From Eledone cirrhosa (Eukaryota): a DNA stretch of 64,000 nucleotides. The notes under the pieces are model-generated. The model was not told the origin of the DNA and did no database searches. It saw only the letters and a list, made by a program, of their open reading frames with translations. This document shows positions 56,401-64,000 of this stretch, piece after piece; position 1 is the first letter of the stretch, and each line of letters begins with the position of its first letter. The stretch is taken from the NCBI GenBank assembly GCA_964016885.1, contig OZ024740.1:289168001-289232000 (forward strand), given 5' to 3'. Position numbers and translations under genes: made by a program.

Positions 56401-58238
56401 GGGGTTACTCAAAGGCAATTCTACATTCAATAGATTCGGAAATGATTCATAGTTTACTGTGTATGATATTTCAACAACATACACGTAGAGTTTAAGAACA
56501 AAAGCAAAAACAAATATTGAAAAAATCCCACTAAGACTCGGATTTTGCAATACTAAAACTCTTATTAAATAAAAGCTCCAGCAGTTATTGAAGGTGGTGT
56601 TTGTACATATATACATCCCCTCACCCCCGCACATCACGTTATTTATCTGGATAGCAACAATAATAACTGCCAGTTATTCTGACTAAAAGCCTCCCTTCTC
56701 TACTCCTTTAAATACATCTGCTGACCATATCGCACTTCAAACACCTCTAGTCACCAATCAATCTCTCTCTATCGAGGACATGTACCTCAGTTCGCCCCTC
56801 TCTCAAGTCATCGTCCTTATTGACCCTAGTTTTTGCCCCCGTTCTACACTGATGCTTAACTCTCCAAATCAATTAGTTTCATCTCTCTACATGCACCTTT
56901 GATCGACACAACCATTCCAAACACCCATAATAACTTTTTCTCATTCTGAAACCCAACTCCTATCAAATCTGTCATCGGCTATGCACCCATCGGATCGTTC
57001 GGTTATAGCTTTATCACGACTACTCATTACACATCCACGTACTACCTACATATCTCCTCTTACGGATCTTGTGACTGAGGGTCGGCTGACTGGTCGAAAC
57101 TTCGCCACTTCTACCTTCACAATCCTTGGCAGTGCATGCGTTTTAGTTCTAACCCACTTATCCTATATTATTCATAAATCAATTATTTATCGTTGATCAA
57201 TTATCTAATTACGCAACTAACTATTTACACAACCACGTATTTATTTACTTAATCTATTTATTTAACTATTTAATTATTTGATTATTTATTTTTCATTAAA
57301 CCATTTGGTTTTGTTAATTATTCATTTAATCCTATTTATTTAATCACCCTATTAATCACTTACTCGTTTTGATAATTTTGCCAAAACTCTCACTCACAAC
57401 GATCCTGCTTATCAGCTATCCCCACAACTAACTCTCAAAGATATTAATTATCCCAAACACTTTTTTCTATTAATCAACTAGCACCACCTACATCATCCTG
57501 TTAGTTATCTCATTTTACCATATCTCATTCTTCATCATTCTACATTTTATATTTATTTAATTTATTGGCCACTTACCCTTATCGCTCTTCGATTCTAATC
57601 TGAAGGTTATCTCCCTTTCTCTAAGGGTTTTGTTGAATATTACACACGTTAATAACGCGAAACTTTGTTGAGTGGTCTTTCGCAATGCTATATATATAAA
57701 TCTGTTGTTTTGTTCCACCATAGCTGCCAAGTTTACGTTTTCTGGGTACAACAGGTTCAAAGGAGTCGATCGTCAGATCGGGCCAAGATAAATATGTTTT
57801 TATTGGTCTTTCCATTGCTGATACTTATCTGTCGGTTGAAACTTCGGTGACAGGAGTAGGGATCTGAATTCAGAATACAAAGAACCGAAACAGGTACCGC
57901 AAACCATCCCGTCCATGTCTTTAACAATTCCACCAATCCACCACAAAAAAGATGAAAGACGAAGTTGATCTCGGCGAGATTTTAACTCAAGAGTTCATAG
58001 AATCAGAACAACCATCGGGGCATTTAATTTGACGCTCAAAACGACTCGCTTACTTAAATGGATAAAGTGATGTATTTTCTAGAGTTGTGTTTTGCCAACA
58101 AATTATACCCCAATGACTAATCGTACTTCAATGTGTTTACGAATACTTTTGCTTTTGTATTGTCATTACATTACTTCTTTTCTTCGATCGCTTGAATAAT
58201 CGGCAACGCGAAACTCAGATAAGAAGCTTCAGTTTATA

Positions 58239-58288
<50 letters not shown>

Positions 58289-58318
58289 CATCATCATCAT
58301 CATCATCATCCTCATCAT

Positions 58319-58359
<41 letters not shown>

Positions 58360-58445
58360 GGAGGTAAGTTTTATTGTAGCACAATAAAGCAATGCAAATA
58401 TCGGATAAGTACCACTCAACAGTTTATAGGACTGGAGTATAAATA

Positions 58446-58739
58446 ATATGAGATCAAAAGATGGTTAAAAGAGTTCCATGTATTTTATTATGCGCATTTC
58501 AAAAACAAATATCATCATGGGATGATATTTGCGTTCTCATCAGATAAAATAGGGAGACATGATATGAAGCTTATATGTTGATTTAACACTTCACTGCTCG
58601 CAAGTGTTTTTTAAGCTTCATATCATGTCTCCCTATTTTATCCGATGAGAACGCAAATATCATCCCATGATGATATTTGTTTTTGAAATGCGCATAATAA
58701 AATACATGGAACTCTTGTAACCATCTTTTGATCTTATAT
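58446..58739. repeat. Near-perfect inverted repeat, ~128-bp arms, 38-bp spacer
   Basis: 58446-58573 versus 58612-58739, about 4 mismatches. Confidence 0.92.
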
Positions 58740-58943
58740 ATATATATATATATATACATGTAAAAGGGTGTGTTTGCATCTTACCATGTTTTTTCATGAT
58801 AGTGTATGCACGGGTGTGTGTGTGTTATGTATCCAGAATACAACACACGCGTGCTGCTCGATTTTCTGGTTGTCTATATCGATCTCTTTAGATATCGACT
58901 TCCCAAGCATTGATATGTATATATGTGTATATATATATATATA

Positions 58944-59015
<72 letters not shown>

Positions 59016-60299
59016 CGTGTGTGTATTCAAATACACATACAAACCTACACGTACGCTTGGCTACATACATACATACATACATACATACATACATACATAC
59101 ATACATACATACATACACACACACACATATGTGCATGTGTGTGTGTGTGCGTGTGAGTGCATGTACGTGTATGTGTATGTGTGTGTGTATGTGTGTGTGT
59201 ATGTGCGTGTATGTGTGTGTGTGTGTGTGTATGTGCGTGTATGTGCATGTATGTGTGTGTATGTGTATGTGCGTGTATGTGCGTATATGTGTGTGCATAT
59301 GTGTGTATGTTTGTGTATGTGTGTGTATGTTTGTGTACATTTGTGTACGCGTATGTAGTATATGTATGTGCATATGTTATGTATGTACTGTAAAGGAGTT
59401 TACATGAAAAAAATCGAGTAAGCGAGACAAGTGTAGAGTAAAATATTTATATACTGATATAGTCAATATATAGATTAACACATTGTAACTAATAGCTACT
59501 GTTGCTATTGTTGTTGTTGTTGCTTTACCCCAATAATGCTAACCTAAATACATAACCGGTTAAATCATCGATTTATATTCAATATATTTAAAAGCGTGTA
59601 ATAATTCTTTTGTTTCCAGTAATAATGCTGCAATCTACGTTTATCTGCTGCCTACTGTGTGTACCAAGAGTGGCTAAACTCGTTGGATGTAAAAGTCACG
59701 CGCGACATACTTTAGTTGTTTTGAAGCCACAAAATATAAATGAAATTTATACACTAGCCTTGTTTTTATTGTTGCATGCACATTTTGTTATAAACATTTT
59801 ATATACATATTAAGCGGTACATCTATATTCATATATTTTAGAGCTGCCAATGTGTTTTAGTTTTAGTAACCACAAAACACATAAGTATAAGAAATATTTT
59901 TAAAATGTTCACTGATGATTGTTTTAATTATATTGAGTGTATTTAATACGGTAATGAAATATGGAAACATCTAAGAAAAATATATGATCTTGAAATTCTG
60001 TAACATAAAATTAGACTGCTAAAAATATAACGAAAGCGGGGGGGAAAGATGAGATAATTTGTATTTATTTTTCTTAGTAGTAAATATTTGTTTACTAAAC
60101 AGGAGGAAAATTTGCAAAAAAAGAAAAAAAGAAAAAGATAGACTAATAAAATTAGAGATATTTTAATAAGATACCACCTTAACAAAATTACAGTCTTATA
60201 ATGTTATTACGACAAACCAACACTACAATTATCAGGCTATTAAAGCCGCTATTTACTTAAAGATCTGCAACAAGGTTATGAACAGTAGAAAATCTGACC

Positions 60300-61350
60300 T
60301 CTATTGTCAAAATTGTACATTATCTCCGTCAAGTGTGTATTTGTAATGATCATTTAATGCTTTGTCCTCACAAATTTCATTACAGAGTATAGTGATTCAC
60401 GGTCGTATTTTGTACTGAAAATTGAGATAAATCGCACTCTAGTTTTCTTCATTTCAAGGTATATTATTTCTGGAACTAAATTGTTGATTGAAGATCTGTA
60501 GATCATCTTTAGACTTAGGTCCTGATATTCCTTTACCTCGACTTCCACTATAGATAATTCTGTAACTAGTGGTTCGAGAATTAAACGACGATCATTGACC
60601 ACATCAACTACAAAACCATGATTGGATTTATAAGAAAGACGAAGTCTTCTGCAAGTTATCAAACCTTTCTAGGAAATTATCAAACTGTCTTTGTAATTTA
60701 TCTTTGTATTCTTCAAGTTTGTGATCTTTTATTTCAATATCTTGGAATATATTTACTCTCCTACTGAGACTGGGAATGTTTTGACAGTATGTTTCTTTGA
60801 AAAAATCTATTAATATTTCATTAGAGGGCTAAGTTTAAAGTTCATAGATGGATGATTCATTATGTCAGTAAAGAAATCCGATCTTGTAACAATTCATCAT
60901 TTTCCAACCGAGAATAGGATCTTTCCTTCTCATTACGAAAAATATCAATAAATTCCAATAGACCCACAAACCTACTCAAGATATTACTGATTGACAGACC
61001 CTCTTCAATACGGCAGAAAGAAAGATCCCTAATTTTATCTTCAAATTCCAGTTCTTCAGTCAAATGTCTGAAAGGTCGGTGTGTTTTCCCATTTAAGCAT
61101 ATGAAATTGATAATTTTAAGGGGAGATTTTACAAAATTTTCGTATATCCAGTATCTGTCTTTTAGTTGTTCACAGTGAATAATGTAATGAATAAGGAGAA
61201 ACACTCGAAAGCTAAGAATATTTTCATAAGTACGATTAATCCTGTATATTCTCCCCAATTGCAAGAATACCTTAATTTTCACCGAAATATTAGCACATTT
61301 TTAATATCAACATTACAATTTCTTTCTTTTTGGAACATAAATGAACAAGG
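60300..61350 (-). pseudogene. Decayed hAT (Charlie/GTF2IRD2-like) transposase
   Basis: IHYIIHCEQL, KIINFI...HRPF..L.EE, LS...ILSRF..L..I..F..EK, and the dimerisation-domain remnant IFSTKYDRESLYSVMKFVRTKH. Confidence 0.75.
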
Positions 61351-61676
61351 TACTTTTATAAAATTATGATGGAATTTTTGTTTTTATAAATATATATAAA
61401 CACTTTAAAAGAAATAGCTTTATATCGTAGAACAATGAGCGGTTTCATATAAAAAAACTCAGTAATTATTTCTTGTATTATATAGAACACATACGCGTGT
61501 GTAATACATATATGTATGATCCCGTACCTCCTGATAGAGTCGTAGCGGCGCTGTATTGACATACGGTGTTTCTCGGGTATTTTAAGCCCGGCAGAACCCA
61601 TCCCTCTCCAAGCCTGAGTACGGCAGATTTCTTCCAGAGAGAGAGAGAGGGAGAGGGAGAGAGAGAGGGAGAGAGA

Positions 61677-61707
<31 letters not shown>

Positions 61708-62221
61708 GAAGAACGGCCTCAGAACTAGACTGGTACTTTTTTTATTAACCTCGAAAGAATGAAAGGTAAAGTATTCTATCCGACGTTCTAACGACTCTGC
61801 CAATTCGCCGCCTATAATACATATATACATGCAAGTAAATCTAGTGAGTACATTGTATGCACAACTGTACTTCTCTGTAGCTTATCTGTAGTTTTTCCTA
61901 CAGATATTTTAAGAATTCAGATACATTTTGATCGCGTATTTTCAATAGTTTCTAAAATTTTAAATAATTTTAAAAGTTATCTTTTTTACTTGTTATTTTC
62001 AGATTGAATACACCCATGGAACAAGTTTTTTTCCCTATTAATTGCATAGATAGTTTCCATCAATCGACCTTGCTGAATTCACTATATTACATTTGTGAGA
62101 CCCTCGAATATACTCATTCGCCCGTCCATCTAAGCACACACAAATATATACGGACAAGGTAGCAGGTAGGTATTTTTAAAGGAAATCGTCTACAAAAAGA
62201 CCATTATTTAAACAAAATAAT

Positions 62222-62405
62222 TGTTTCTACTTTAGGCACAAGGCCAGCAATTACCCAGTGCATTACTGGTACTTTATTTTATCGACCCCGTAAGGATGAA
62301 AGGCAAAGTTAACCTCGGCGGGATTTGAACTCAGATCATAAAGGGACGTAATTATGCTGGAAAGCATGGCGTCCGACCCTCTACCGTTACTGCCAATCCA
62401 CCGCC
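62222..62405 (-). mobile_element. Young full-length SINE with a 16-bp target-site duplication
   Basis: atttaaacaaaataat at 62206-62221 and 62406-62421; body nearly identical to 8528-8715. Confidence 0.88.
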
Positions 62406-62479
62406 ATTTAAACAAAATAATAGCCTGACAAATGATATTTACAAATAAACAATATATATGGTATTATATAATTCACATG

Positions 62480-62751
62480 TTATATATATATATAAAGTTG
62501 TAGTTCCTGTCTATTTGTTTGTTTGTTCACGACCTCCTTCTATGGTTTTGGAGATAGACCCCCATAACCATATATATTCTGAAACTACATTGCCCAGGGT
62601 ACTTGGATAAACTACATTGGTCAGGGTATTTGGATAAGTATATTTCATTTTAATCAAAAGGTTCTCTGGGGGCACAAACCCCCGCTGAAAATCTTTTCCC
62701 TTCGATTTATATGTAATTTAAACCATAGGTAAATGACAAGATATGATGCCT

Positions 62752-62840
<89 letters not shown>

Positions 62841-63069
62841 TTGAATTGATATTTAAAAAAAAATATTTACAAGAAACAAAATAAGAATAGTATTTAATAA
62901 TGTAATTTTGATTTGATATATTAAAAAAAATAATGTTTTCCAATTTTTCATGCATTACAATTGAAATGCAGAGTTTTTCTCCATAAATTATATCACTGAT
63001 TTAAAATCAATCATAATTTTCTTACAAAAAAATGTGTGAAACGCAGCAAGGCGCGGGTAATTCGGCTAG
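62480..63069 (+). mobile_element. Non-autonomous Helitron
   Basis: 3' hairpin cgcagcaaggcgcggg followed by CTAG|T at 63066-63070; Helitron-like 5' tatatatataaagttg...gtttgtttgtt. Confidence 0.65.
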
Positions 63070-63073
63070 TATA

Positions 63074-63154
<81 letters not shown>

Positions 63155-63161
<7 letters not shown>

Positions 63162-63870
63162 TGAAAAATGGCGCGCTGCGTTGTTGCGAATATGAACATA
63201 TGAATAAAAATAGACAGAGAAACAGGAATGTCCTTCATCAGTAGTCTGCTTATTATCATTGGTATTTCTTCGCATTAAAGACCAATAATAATCAGCAGGC
63301 TACTGATGATGGACATTCCTGTTTCTCGGTCTATTTTCATTCATATGTTCATATTCGCAACAACGCAGCACGCCATTTTTCATTCACATATATTTTTTTC
63401 CCTTCGCTGTGGTTCGTATTTTTTCTGTCACCTTACTGCTATCCTCTTTCTCTCTCCCCCTTCTCTCTCCTTCACCTCTTGCTTCCCTTCACTCCCGCTG
63501 CTGGTCACTCACTCTCGGCTGGCCCCTTCCTCACACTTTCACTCACTCACTCTCTGCTACTCCTCCTCTCTCACTTCCTCCCGTCTGACCCGCGTGAATT
63601 TCTTTCCTCTCTCACTTTTCTCGTGGCTCGGACGTGTCTGTTTCTTCTCGTCGATTGATTTGTTCGGACAAGATTCATTGACTTGTCTCTCTTTTCCTCT
63701 CTTTACGTTGCATTACTACCATGTTGTTTGTTTCCTTTCCTCTGTTTTCCTCTGTCCCGATAACTTAATTTAGTTATCGCTCGCACTGATTTTAGGTATC
63801 TAGTCTTTAATGCGAAGAAATACCAATGATAATCAGCAGGCTACTGATGAAGGACATTCTTGTTTCTCGG

Positions 63871-63876
<6 letters not shown>
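63155..63876. mobile_element. Element with inverted + direct terminal repeats between (TA)n tracts, PLE-like architecture
   Basis: 63155-63255 is inverted at 63287-63392; 63803-63876 is the reverse complement of 63218-63282. Confidence 0.55.
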
Positions 63877-63933
<57 letters not shown>

Positions 63934-64000
63934 TACTTGTCCCCCTCGCTTTACGCGAATTACTGGTCCCAATAATTTTTTTTAGTTATTGCTCGCACCA

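Noticed and set aside
57071-57108. Degenerate hammerhead (gtga-CTGAGGG...GAAAC); similar remnants near 4900-4990 and 11000-11030
   Set aside because: Core and stems are too mutated to call; probably dead PLE pLTR remnants
58779-58787. Another minus-strand ATG|GTAAG
   Set aside because: About 34 kb from CaM exon 2, among microsatellites, with no promoter cues; consistent with chance
63300-63335. CTGATGA(A/T)GGACATTCCTG as a hammerhead (also 63844 and 63241 on the minus strand)
   Set aside because: The stem is followed by GTTTC rather than GAAA, so the catalytic core is incomplete

Overview
AT-rich, microsatellite- and transposon-dense animal DNA, most likely an octopus/coleoid cephalopod. 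That assignment is inferred from the SINE families, the (TA)n/(TACA)n load and the invertebrate-type calmodulin. One well-supported host gene is present: a spliced, minus-strand calmodulin (coding exons 25021-24991, 24508-24365, 24202-23960, 23841-23813, plus an ATG-only first exon; 149 aa). It has a TATA+Inr proximal promoter and four candidate upstream exons that each end in ATG|GT. The rest is mostly mobile DNA: Tx1/L1-like and RTE LINE fragments, two Penelope-like element (PLE) remnants (a Naiad-like RT and a Neptune-like GIY-YIG), several minimal type I hammerhead ribozyme motifs, two non-autonomous Helitrons, a decayed hAT transposase, MITEs and tRNA-derived SINEs. There is also a recurring class of near-perfect local fold-back (inverted) duplications next to TA/CA microsatellites. 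Almost all ORFs in the supplied track are microsatellite artefacts or TE pieces. All alignments were done by eye; no database search was run.
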